Part shown: piece by piece, positions 8,827-17,407 of the stretch
Layout of the letters: every line of letters starts with the position of its first letter
How positions within the stretch are numbered: position 1 is the first letter of the stretch
NCBI GenBank assembly: GCA_035300645.1
Contig: DATGVF010000076.1
Span: 59 to 64,058 of the forward strand
From: a bacterium
GTDB lineage: Bacteria > Sysuimicrobiota > Sysuimicrobiia > Sysuimicrobiales > Kaftiobacteriaceae
Direction: 5' to 3'
Length of the DNA stretch: 64,000 nt
Made by a program: the position numbers and the translations under genes
The notes under the pieces: generated by a model
What the model saw: only the letters and a program-made list of their open reading frames with translations
Database searches by the model: none
What the model was told of the DNA's origin: nothing

Positions 8827-9557
8827 TGGACGAGGCGGCGGTGCTTCAGGTCAGTCACTTGGTCACCGATCGTGGTCGCGCGCACATTCTCCGGGATGTG
8901 TCTCTCGAGGTGCGCGCCGATGAGGTCGTCTGCTTGGTGGGGAGGAACGGGGCCGGCAAGACGACGACGATGGATAGCCTGATGGGATTGCTTCCGGTGC
9001 GGGGTGGCGCCATCCGGCTGCACGGACAGGACATTACCCGGCTGCCGGCCCACGCCCGTGCTCGGCGGGGGATCGGCTATGCACCCGAGGACGCCGGTGT
9101 CTTCCCGGATTTGACCGTCGACGAGAACCTCCAGATCGCCCAATGGCTCGGGACGGGGGGCCGTCCGGGGAATGGAGAGGGCACGGATAGCGGGACGGCA
9201 AAGGTGTTCGAACTCTTTCCAGAACTCCGTGGGCTGCGTTCTCGGCGGGCCCTGAACCTGAGCGGCGGAGAGAAGAAGATGGTGGCCATTGCGCGGGCGA
9301 TGCTGCTGCGTCCGTCGGTGATGTTGCTGGACGAGGCCTTCGAGGGGCTGGCGCCCGCGGTGGTGAAGCGTTTCGCCGAGGCGGTGACCCGCATCAAAGC
9401 GATGGGTATCGCGCTGTTCATTGCGGAGTCCAATATCATGACAGCGTCGCGGATCGCTGAACGCCTCTATGTCATGGACAGGGGAGAAATTCTCTTTGAG
9501 GGGACTCCTCAGGAGGCGTTTGCCAATGCGGAGGTCGTGCGGACCATCCGCGGATAA
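8823..9557 (+). CDS. livF: ABC transporter ATP-binding protein, LivF/UrtE-like
   Basis: Walker A GRNGAGKTT, LSGGEKKM signature, 244 aa; 4-nt overlap with livG. Confidence 0.85.
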   Translation: MMDEAAVLQVSHLVTDRGRAHILRDVSLEVRADEVVCLVGRNGAGKTTTMDSLMGLLPVRGGAIRLHGQDITRLPAHARARRGIGYAPEDAGVFPDLTVDENLQIAQWLGTGGRPGNGEGTDSGTAKVFELFPELRGLRSRRALNLSGGEKKMVAIARAMLLRPSVMLLDEAFEGLAPAVVKRFAEAVTRIKAMGIALFIAESNIMTASRIAERLYVMDRGEILFEGTPQEAFANAEVVRTIRG

Positions 9558-9566
9558 GGCCTACTG

Positions 9567-10289
9567 ATGCATAGCGCACACACGATCAACCAACGCTGGC
9601 GTACCCTGGGAGCCGACGGGCGCACGGTGGTGCGAGGTATCCTGGGCGCGATCCGACAGCGCAGCGGCGTGTTCGTGCTCGTCGTGGCCGCGATCGTCGC
9701 GCTGAATCTCATCCTGCCCCCCTTGGTCCTGTCCGTCGTGCGCAAGCCCTACGATCATTTCTCCTTCAACCCATGGTTGCACAACGTCCCCTCGTGGCTC
9801 CGGTCCGGGGAGGCGACGGTGGGGCGAAAGGTGGACTTCCTCTGGAACGCGGCGGTGCTGTGGTTCATCGCCTCCAGCGAGTATGACGAGGCGGAGTGGG
9901 GGTTTACTGTCACCGTGCGAGACGTCGCGCGATGGGTCCTCATGGGGACACTCTTCGGGGCGTACTTCAGCGTGTGGCTGCAGCGGCGCAGTCAACTGAA
10001 GCACGCGGGGCTGGCGGCAGGGCGGCGGGGCGGACGCGGCGGGGTGGTGGGGAGTGTGTTGAGCACGCTGGGAGTCACCACCATGCCGTGCAGCGTGGCC
10101 GGGTGTGGGGCCCCCGTGTTGCCGGTCGTAGGTCTGGCACTGACGGGGCTGTCTAGCGGAACGATTGCGTTGATGTCCAACGCGTCGCGGGTTCTGGTGT
10201 GGATTGTGATCGCCGGCGTCACCGCCTCCATCATCGTCTTGGCGAAGCAGGTGAGCGAGGGGAGTCTGAGCCCCGCTGCGCGCCTCTGA
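9567..10289 (+). CDS. Hypothetical polytopic membrane protein with a CxxxxC (CSVAGCGAP) motif in a TM region
   Basis: 240 aa, about 5-6 hydrophobic segments. Sandwiched between the two ABC transporter gene sets on the same strand. Confidence 0.5.
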   Translation: MHSAHTINQRWRTLGADGRTVVRGILGAIRQRSGVFVLVVAAIVALNLILPPLVLSVVRKPYDHFSFNPWLHNVPSWLRSGEATVGRKVDFLWNAAVLWFIASSEYDEAEWGFTVTVRDVARWVLMGTLFGAYFSVWLQRRSQLKHAGLAAGRRGGRGGVVGSVLSTLGVTTMPCSVAGCGAPVLPVVGLALTGLSSGTIALMSNASRVLVWIVIAGVTASIIVLAKQVSEGSLSPAARL

Positions 10290-10309
10290 AAGCTGGGCGC
10301 AACCGACCG

Positions 10310-11215
10310 ATGCGTCGTAGTCCACACCCTGCCGGCCGATCGCATGCGGCGCTGGCCGCGCTCTCCGTGGCCGTCGGCGTGGTTGCGTATGGACTTCTGT
10401 CGACCGGCTCCCGCTACGTCGATCTCGGCCAGTTCCCGGAGCCCGTACGCCACCTGCTGAGGGCCTCAGTCCTGCCCCCGCCCCAGGATCTCGTCGACAC
10501 CGTCATTCAGCTCGCGCAGGGGCGCACCGTCCCGATCGGTGACCCTCGTCACGTGAGTTCTCACCTGGAGACGCTGGCTCTGGCACACGTGACCTTGCAG
10601 GGGTCTCTTCTAGTGAGCACGCTGCGTGTGCTTATCGGGTTGAGCCTGGGCGTGCCCGCGGGCATCGCACTGGGGTTGGCGCTGGGATGGAATCAGAGGC
10701 TCGATGCGTATGGGCATCCTGTCTACATCCTTTTCCGCTCCATTCCCCCTCTGGCGCTGATCAGCTACGCCATGTTATGGCTGGGGCATACAGAGACCCA
10801 CGTGCTGATCCCTGTTGTGTATGCGGTCTGCACTGCGATGGTGATTCCCACCTACCACGGGATCCGTGACGTCGCGGGCGTTTATGTCTTGGCGGCGCGC
10901 ACGCTGGGGGCGCCTCGGGGTCTGTTCTTTTCGCGGGTCATCCTCCCGTCCGTCGGACCATCCATCATGTCCGGTCTCCGGTACGCGCTCGTCATTGCGT
11001 GGATGACGACCGTAGGTGCGGAGATGTTGATGGCTCGGACCGGAATGGGCGTCTTGCTTGTGGGGGGCGGGATCTGGTCATCTCGGTCTGAGATCGGCGT
11101 GGATCCCGCGGTAGTTATCGTGGGGATCCTGAGTCTGTCCGCAGCGGCATATGCGATGGATGCGGTCATCCGGCTCGCCTCTCGCCTCCCCGCGGCCGGA
11201 TGGGCAGACCGATGA
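10310..11215 (+). CDS. NitT/TauT-family (sulfonate/nitrate/taurine type) ABC transporter permease
   Basis: EAA-loop region AARTLGAPRGLFFSRVILPSVGPSIMSG; internal ATG at 10310 chosen because the ORF start at 10199 overlaps the upstream gene. Confidence 0.75.
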   Translation: MRRSPHPAGRSHAALAALSVAVGVVAYGLLSTGSRYVDLGQFPEPVRHLLRASVLPPPQDLVDTVIQLAQGRTVPIGDPRHVSSHLETLALAHVTLQGSLLVSTLRVLIGLSLGVPAGIALGLALGWNQRLDAYGHPVYILFRSIPPLALISYAMLWLGHTETHVLIPVVYAVCTAMVIPTYHGIRDVAGVYVLAARTLGAPRGLFFSRVILPSVGPSIMSGLRYALVIAWMTTVGAEMLMARTGMGVLLVGGGIWSSRSEIGVDPAVVIVGILSLSAAAYAMDAVIRLASRLPAAGWADR

Positions 11216-12012
11216 ATTTCAAGCGGGCGGTCCTTGCGTTCGCCGTGTTGGCGATCCTCTACGGCGTTGCCGCACAGGTTGGCAGTCCGTATCTCCCCCG
11301 CAGGGTCTGGTGGATCGCCCACCATGTGGATAATGTGGAGCTCCTCCCCACATACGCGTCACTGGCGGACGAGACGGTTTTCCTTGTCCGATCGGGCATC
11401 TTGCCTCAGGGTGTGGTCGTGAGCACCGGTCGCGTCCTGGCAGGTCTGTTGGTCGGCGTGGTCGTCGGTGTGGCCGTCGGCGTGTCCATGGCCCGGATGA
11501 CCCACGTGGACGACATCCTGAGTCCGTGGGTCGCTCTGGTGCGGTACACTCCGGCGCTCGCCTTGCTTCCTCTTTATGTGCTGTGGTTTGGTTTGGGAGA
11601 ACCCTCCAAGGTATTGTTGGTCGCGACCGCAGTCGGCCCTGTCATGCTGTTGGGCGCCTACCAGGGGGTCCGCGCAATCCCGCGCGTGCACCTGGATGCC
11701 GCCACACTGCTCGGCGCGCCGGGCAGCATGATTCTGAGACGGGTCGTCCTGCCGGGTGCGCTTCCCCATATCCTGTCGAGTTTCCGCATCGCCTTGGGTC
11801 TCGCTTGGGTGACCATCGTGGCCGCCGAACTGGTTGCGCCGACCATACCGAGCCTAGGGTATCTCCTCGCCGTGGCGGCGGCGTTTCCCCGAGTCCCGAC
11901 GATTGTCGTCGGGATCGTCACTATCGGCGGCCTCGTGCTGCTGTCCGATGCGATTACGCTCGGTGTTTACCGCGCGGCGACACAGTGGATGCCACGACGC
12001 GTTGAAGATTAA
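11212..12012 (+). CDS. NitT/TauT-family ABC transporter permease (second paralog)
   Basis: ATGA overlap with the upstream stop (start 11212). EAA-like region LLGAPGSMILRRVVLPGALPHI. Confidence 0.75.
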   Translation: MNFKRAVLAFAVLAILYGVAAQVGSPYLPRRVWWIAHHVDNVELLPTYASLADETVFLVRSGILPQGVVVSTGRVLAGLLVGVVVGVAVGVSMARMTHVDDILSPWVALVRYTPALALLPLYVLWFGLGEPSKVLLVATAVGPVMLLGAYQGVRAIPRVHLDAATLLGAPGSMILRRVVLPGALPHILSSFRIALGLAWVTIVAAELVAPTIPSLGYLLAVAAAFPRVPTIVVGIVTIGGLVLLSDAITLGVYRAATQWMPRRVED

Positions 12013-12802
12013 TCCCGCTCCCGCCGTCAAACTCGAAATTACCGACCTCGCCTATACCTATGCCGGTCGAACTTCGGTGCGGGCCCTAGACGGCGTCACC
12101 CTTGTCATCTCGGACAACGAATTCCTGGCGATCGTCGGACCAGTGGGGTGCGGAAAAACCACGCTGCTGCGCTGTGTGGCGGGTCTTCTGCGGCCCGCGC
12201 GAGGCACAATCACATGTGACGGCGCCCCCGTGGTCGGTCCGAGTCCCCAGCGCGGGTTCGTCTTTCAGGAAGAGGCCCTCTTCCCGTGGATGACGGTCGC
12301 GGACAACCTCGCTTTTGGCCTGCAAGCCCAGGGCGTGGAGGCGTCCCGGCAGCGGGCACTCGTCGACGAGATGATCGATCTGCTTGGGCTTCGCGGGTTC
12401 GAACGCGCCTACCCGAAAGACCTGTCCGGCGGGATGGTCAAGATGGTCGAAGTGGCCCGGGTGCTGATCGTTGACCCCGCCCTTCTCCTGCTCGATGAGC
12501 CATTCGGCCTGCTGGACGCGCAGACGCGTGTGAGGATGCAAGATGTCCTCATCGGGCTGTGGGAGAAGCGGACGAAGACGGTGATCCTGGTCACCCATGA
12601 CATTGAGGAGGCGGTGTACCTGGCGGACCGCGTCGTGGTCTTCTCCTCGCGACCAGGACGGGTGAAGGCCGAAGTGCGCGTGGATTTTCCACGCCCGCGG
12701 CGGCCGGCGATGCGGTATACCGCGGCGTTCTTAGAACTGAAAAAGCAGATTTGGGACAGACTCGATGCGGGGTCGGGGGAGATCCGGGACGGAGGCCGCT
12801 AG
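12002..12802 (+). CDS. NitT/TauT-family ABC transporter ATP-binding protein (SsuB/TauB-like)
   Basis: Walker A GPVGCGKTT, LSGGM signature. TTG at 12002 chosen as the start (ORF open from 11903). Confidence 0.8.
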   Translation: MKINPAPAVKLEITDLAYTYAGRTSVRALDGVTLVISDNEFLAIVGPVGCGKTTLLRCVAGLLRPARGTITCDGAPVVGPSPQRGFVFQEEALFPWMTVADNLAFGLQAQGVEASRQRALVDEMIDLLGLRGFERAYPKDLSGGMVKMVEVARVLIVDPALLLLDEPFGLLDAQTRVRMQDVLIGLWEKRTKTVILVTHDIEEAVYLADRVVVFSSRPGRVKAEVRVDFPRPRRPAMRYTAAFLELKKQIWDRLDAGSGEIRDGGR

Positions 12803-12816
12803 CGACCTCCGTCCCG
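12785..12816. terminator. 32-nt near-perfect palindrome/hairpin (11-bp GC stem) between convergent genes; putative bidirectional terminator
   Basis: CGGGACGGAGG-ccgctagcga-CCTCCGTCCCG. The TAG stop of the ATPase sits in the loop. No U-tract on either side. Confidence 0.4.
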
Positions 12817-12833
12817 ACATGTGAACGGTCTGA

Positions 12834-14204
12834 TTACCCTTTGACCTTCGGCCAGGTCTGGTCGATCCAGGTGTACGTGGACGTCGGCTCCCCCTTGGGC
12901 CATCCCGGGGGGGCCGTGATATTTCGGATCGGGATCGTGAACATCCGGCTGGGGTCCAGGACGAGGAACGGCAGGTTCTTGTCCCTCATCGAGAAGCCGG
13001 TCATCGCGTCCTTATACGCCTGGTGGTTGTCGGGTCGGATCTGGATGTACCCGGCGGGGGACTCCCAGGACAGGCCCTCCAGTTCGTGAATGATGGCGTC
13101 GTCCTCCGGCCACCCCCCCGTGAGTCGGTTCGCCCGCTTCATCGCGTTGTGGAGCATGTTGACGGCGGTGTAGGCGCCCTCCGCCTGGAAGTTCGGGTAT
13201 TCCTTCCAGCGATTGTAGTACTTGCGCACGAAGAGGGTGTTGAGGGGCCACCTATTGCCCGGCGGGAAATTCCAGTAGTAGTTGGAGTGCACGCCGGCAA
13301 TGACGCCTTCCGGGTGGTCGTTGCCGATCGCCTGCGGAGCGACCCCAAACGCCAACGTGCTGGCGAACTTCATCTTCTCGAACAGCCCGTAGCCCAACGC
13401 CTGCTTGTAGAAGGCGATGTAGTCGCCGCCCCAGACGGACGACATCAGCAAGTCGGGCTTGGCGGAAATCGTCTTCGTGATGTGCGCGATGAAATCGGCG
13501 GTGCCCAGCTTCGGCCACGCCTCAGAAACGACCTCGGTGCCCGGGAGCAACTTGCTGATGGCAATGCGGAAGTGGTCAAAGGCGTTGCGGCCGTAGGAGT
13601 AGTCCGGGTTGATGTACGCGATTTTCCGCACCTCCGGCCAGGTCGCAGCTGTCGCGATCGCGCAGGTGACGCCGTCCGCCGACTGGATGTTGGTGACGCG
13701 GAAGACGTACTTGGGATTCGGCACGGCTTTGTCAAAGAGGAAGTCGGTGCACCCGTCCACAAAGAGCGTGAGGACCTTCAAATCCTCGGCCACCGGGCCG
13801 ATCGCCGGCGTGTTGCTGCTCGACGTGATCCCCGTAAAGGCATCGATCTTCCCTTCGAGCTTCATCCGTTTGAACTCTTTTACGTTCGCGTCCGTGCCCG
13901 CATTTTCGTCGGCGGTGATGGTCTCAATCAACCGCTTGCCGAGCAACCCGCCCTCGGCGTTGATCTCCTCGGCGGCCAGCGTGTGCCCCTTGAGCATGGG
14001 CGCGCCGAGGACAGCCGCCGGGCCCGATTGGAAGGTCATGTGGCCGATTTTGTAAGCCGTAGTGGGGATCTTCCCCTGCGCGGGAGCCTGTGCCTCGGCA
14101 GGTGGCGGGAGCACCGTACTGGCGAGTCCGCCGATGGTGGCTGCGCCAACGGTCACGCCCAGTCCCTTGAGAAAATCTCGACGATTGACTTCACGGTCAG
14201 GCAT
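12834..14204 (-). CDS. PBP1-type (Leu/Ile/Val / urea / amide-binding family) ABC substrate-binding protein with a twin-arginine signal
   Basis: N-terminal NRRDFLKGLGVTVGAATIG Tat motif, 456 aa. Peripla_BP_6-like IGHMTFQSGPAAVLG...EINAEGGLLGKR. Confidence 0.8.
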   Translation of the reverse strand: MPDREVNRRDFLKGLGVTVGAATIGGLASTVLPPPAEAQAPAQGKIPTTAYKIGHMTFQSGPAAVLGAPMLKGHTLAAEEINAEGGLLGKRLIETITADENAGTDANVKEFKRMKLEGKIDAFTGITSSSNTPAIGPVAEDLKVLTLFVDGCTDFLFDKAVPNPKYVFRVTNIQSADGVTCAIATAATWPEVRKIAYINPDYSYGRNAFDHFRIAISKLLPGTEVVSEAWPKLGTADFIAHITKTISAKPDLLMSSVWGGDYIAFYKQALGYGLFEKMKFASTLAFGVAPQAIGNDHPEGVIAGVHSNYYWNFPPGNRWPLNTLFVRKYYNRWKEYPNFQAEGAYTAVNMLHNAMKRANRLTGGWPEDDAIIHELEGLSWESPAGYIQIRPDNHQAYKDAMTGFSMRDKNLPFLVLDPSRMFTIPIRNITAPPGWPKGEPTSTYTWIDQTWPKVKG

Positions 14205-14397
14205 CGTTTTGTCTCCTCCTTGCTAAAGAATCCGCGCCCAGCCTGAGTGTGTTCGGGCCTGCGCACATCCCGTCCGGCCGTTTGTGCCTCCCTTCCTCCT
14301 CTGGTCGCCCGGGATGAGAACTATCAGGCCGCTTCTGCACCTGGTGGAGTCATCCCTCCCCCCGAGGCTTGTCCCTGGTCCTGGCTCGCGGGTTCCG

Positions 14398-14403
14398 TAT
14401 AAT
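14398..14403 (+). promoter_or_regulatory. TATAAT -10 box 9 nt upstream of the glcD ATG (implies a leaderless or near-leaderless mRNA)
   Basis: Exact TATAAT at 14398-14403; ATG at 14413. Only a weak -35 (TGGTCC). Confidence 0.35.
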
Positions 14404-14412
14404 GGGGTCACG

Positions 14413-15846
14413 ATGATCCCCGCCGCCCTCATCGCCCACCTGCAGGAGATCGTCGGTCCTGCCCAAGTGTTAGTCCGCCCCGAAGACGTCGTCGTGTATG
14501 AGCAGGATGCCTTTCTCGTCGCACATAGCCTTCCTGATCTCGTCGTCCTGCCTGGGTCCACAGAGGAAGTCGCCGCCGTGGTGGGTGCAGCTGGCGAGGC
14601 TGGGGTGCCCATCGTCGCCCGGGGGGCCGGGACGGGCCTCAACGGCGGCTCGATTCCCATCCGCGGGGGGGTCATGGTCGTTCTGACACGGATGAATCAC
14701 ATCCTCGACCTCGATGCCCCCCACCGGCTGGCCGTCGTGGAGCCGGGTGTCGTCAACGTCGATCTCACCACTGCCGCTGCTCCCTATGGATTGTTTTACG
14801 CCCCCGACCCCGGCAGTCAGTCGGTATCGACCATCGGAGGCAACGTCGGCAACAATGCGGGAGGGCCCCACTGCCTGTCGTACGGCGTGACCAGCAATCA
14901 CGTGCTGGCCCTACAAGTCGTGCTGGCATCCGGGACGGTCGTCTGGGTCGGCAGCCACGCCGTCGATTCCCCCGGTTATGACTTGTGCGGTCTCCTTGTG
15001 GGATCCGAGGGCACTCTGGGCGTGGTCACGGCGGTCGTGGTCAGACTGTTGCGCAAGCCTGAGGCGGCGCGGACGCTCCTCGCGGTCTTCGAGTCAATCG
15101 ACGATGCGTCACAGACCGTGTCAGATGTGATTGGGGCGGGCATTGTGCCCACGGCAATGGAAATGATGGATGGTGTCGTGATGGCCGCGGTCGAGGCGTC
15201 CATCCACGCCGGCTACCCGGAAGATGCCGGGGCGGTGCTGCTGATCGAAGTGGAGGGGACGCAGGAGGCGCTGCCTCGCCAGATCGATCGGATCGGGGAA
15301 ATCTGCCGGCGGCATGAACTGCGAATGCTCCGCACGGCGGAGACCGAGCAGGAACGCCTCCTATTATGGAAGGGGCGCAAAGAGGGGGCCGGTGCGCTGG
15401 GTCGCCTGGCGCCCTCATATTATCTGCACGACGGCGTCGTGCCCCGCACCAAGCTGCCTGAGGTGATGCGTCGGGTCATGGCGATCGGCCAAGCGCATGA
15501 TTTGCGCATCGGCAACCTCTTCCACGCCGGCGACGGCAATTTGCATCCCATCATCCTGTTCAACCCCCGCGAACGTGGCATTATGCAACGCGTCGTGCAG
15601 GCAGGCGAGGAAATTCTCCACGCCTGCGTGGACGCGGGCGGCACGATTACAGGCGAACATGGCGTGGGGATCGAAAAACGAGAGTACATGCGCTGGTTGT
15701 TCACAGACGCCGATCTGCAGTCCATGCAGAACGTGAAGCACGTCTTCGACCCCGGCGGTATCATGAACCCGGGGAAGCTGCTCCCCGTGGGCGAACCAAC
15801 GGACCTCACCGTGAAGCGGGCGGTCGCGCCCGGGATGTGGACCTGA
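14413..15846 (+). CDS. glcD: Glycolate oxidase subunit GlcD-like FAD-linked oxidase
   Basis: FAD-binding PCMH domain (RGAGTGLNGG), ~477 aa. Start chosen at internal ATG 14413 (ORF open from 14284). Confidence 0.8.
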   Translation: MIPAALIAHLQEIVGPAQVLVRPEDVVVYEQDAFLVAHSLPDLVVLPGSTEEVAAVVGAAGEAGVPIVARGAGTGLNGGSIPIRGGVMVVLTRMNHILDLDAPHRLAVVEPGVVNVDLTTAAAPYGLFYAPDPGSQSVSTIGGNVGNNAGGPHCLSYGVTSNHVLALQVVLASGTVVWVGSHAVDSPGYDLCGLLVGSEGTLGVVTAVVVRLLRKPEAARTLLAVFESIDDASQTVSDVIGAGIVPTAMEMMDGVVMAAVEASIHAGYPEDAGAVLLIEVEGTQEALPRQIDRIGEICRRHELRMLRTAETEQERLLLWKGRKEGAGALGRLAPSYYLHDGVVPRTKLPEVMRRVMAIGQAHDLRIGNLFHAGDGNLHPIILFNPRERGIMQRVVQAGEEILHACVDAGGTITGEHGVGIEKREYMRWLFTDADLQSMQNVKHVFDPGGIMNPGKLLPVGEPTDLTVKRAVAPGMWT

Positions 15847-15885
15847 GGCTGTGTGCCAGATCGTAGTCGGACGAGGGCTTGGGTG

Positions 15886-17361
15886 ATGGCGAAACTCAGT
15901 CCATCGGAACAGAAGGCATCGCGTGTCACTCGAGACGCCTTGCTCCGGGAACTGCGAGCCGTCGTCGGCGACGCGTATGTCCTCGTGGAAAAAGAAGACA
16001 TCATCGTCTACGAGCAGGACGGCTCAATCCTCCAGGTGATGCCAGAGATCGTCGTCTTGCCCGCGAGTACGGAAGAGGTCGCCGGTGCGGTCCGGGCGGC
16101 GAAACGGGCAAACGTCCCAATCGTGCCGCGAGGGTCGGGGACTGGTTTGGCGGGGGGAGCAGTCCCCGCCGAGGGCGGGGTGATGATCTCGCTGGCGCGG
16201 ATGAACCACATCCGGGAGGTCGACTTGCCGAACCGGCTTGCGGTCGTGGAGCCCGGCGTCATCAACCAGGACGTCACGAAGGCGGTCTCTCCCGCGGGCT
16301 ACTTCTATGCTCCCGATCCCAGCAGCCAGGCGGCGTGCTCCATCGGCGGAAACGTCGCGAACAACTCCGGTGGCCCGCACACGCTCGCCTATGGCGTTAC
16401 GACTAATCACGTGCTCGGGCTGGAGGTCGTGCTTGATGATGGCCGAGTGGCCTCGCTGGGAGGACGCGTGTCGGATATCCCTGGCTACGACCTCTGCGGC
16501 GCCTTCGTCGGGTCTGAGGGGACCGTCGGCATAGCGACAGGAGTTGTGGTTCGTTTGATGCGGACCCGCGAGACAGTGCGGACGCTGCTGGCCATCTTCG
16601 ACCGCATGGAGGCGGCCACGCAGGCGGTAGTGGAAATCACGGGGGCGGGCATCGTCCCCGCCGCGTTAGAGATGATGGACCGCCTGACGATCGAAGCCGT
16701 GGAAACAGGCGCGCCAGTCGGGTATCCGCGCGACGCCGAAGCGGTGCTGCTCGTGGAGCTCGAGGGCGTACGCGAGGAGACTGCGCGAGCGGCGTCCATC
16801 GTGCAGACCATCTGTACCACCCGGGGGGCACGTGAGGTCCGGCTCGCCCAGGATGAGGCAGAACGGCAACGCCTGTGGAAAGGGCGCAAGGGCGCATTCG
16901 GCGCTCTGGGGGCTCTCGCGCCGAACTACTACGTGCAGGACGGCGTCGTGCCGCGCAGCCGACTGCCGGAGGTCATGGCGCAGATCGCTTCGATCAGCGC
17001 CCGGTACAACTTGCGCATCGCCAACGTCTTTCACGCCGGCGACGGCAACCTGCATCCGAACATCCTATTTGACATGCGTACGCCGGGTGATTTGGACCGG
17101 GTCATCGAGGCGGGTGCGGAGATCCTGCGTGCGTGCATCGCCGCGGGCGGCAGTATCACGGGTGAGCATGGCATCGGGCTGGAGAAAAAGGCGTACATCG
17201 GCCTCCTGTTTTCTCCCGCCGATTTGGACGCGATGGCGCGGGTCCGCCGCGTCTTCGATCCGGACGGCCGTTTCAATCCCGCGAAGATGTTTCCGACGCC
17301 TATTACGTGTGCCGAGATGCGGCGAGCGCCCGCGAAAATCCCGGCAGGACTGTGGATATGA
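15886..17361 (+). CDS. Second GlcD-like FAD-linked oxidase (paralog; could be D-lactate dehydrogenase-like)
   Basis: RGSGTGLAGG, ~490 aa; highly similar in architecture to the upstream gene. Confidence 0.75.
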   Translation: MAKLSPSEQKASRVTRDALLRELRAVVGDAYVLVEKEDIIVYEQDGSILQVMPEIVVLPASTEEVAGAVRAAKRANVPIVPRGSGTGLAGGAVPAEGGVMISLARMNHIREVDLPNRLAVVEPGVINQDVTKAVSPAGYFYAPDPSSQAACSIGGNVANNSGGPHTLAYGVTTNHVLGLEVVLDDGRVASLGGRVSDIPGYDLCGAFVGSEGTVGIATGVVVRLMRTRETVRTLLAIFDRMEAATQAVVEITGAGIVPAALEMMDRLTIEAVETGAPVGYPRDAEAVLLVELEGVREETARAASIVQTICTTRGAREVRLAQDEAERQRLWKGRKGAFGALGALAPNYYVQDGVVPRSRLPEVMAQIASISARYNLRIANVFHAGDGNLHPNILFDMRTPGDLDRVIEAGAEILRACIAAGGSITGEHGIGLEKKAYIGLLFSPADLDAMARVRRVFDPDGRFNPAKMFPTPITCAEMRRAPAKIPAGLWI

Positions 17362-17407
17362 GTGAGGAGGTCGGGAGGCGGCACCCTTCCGTGAGCGAGA
17401 TCAGACC

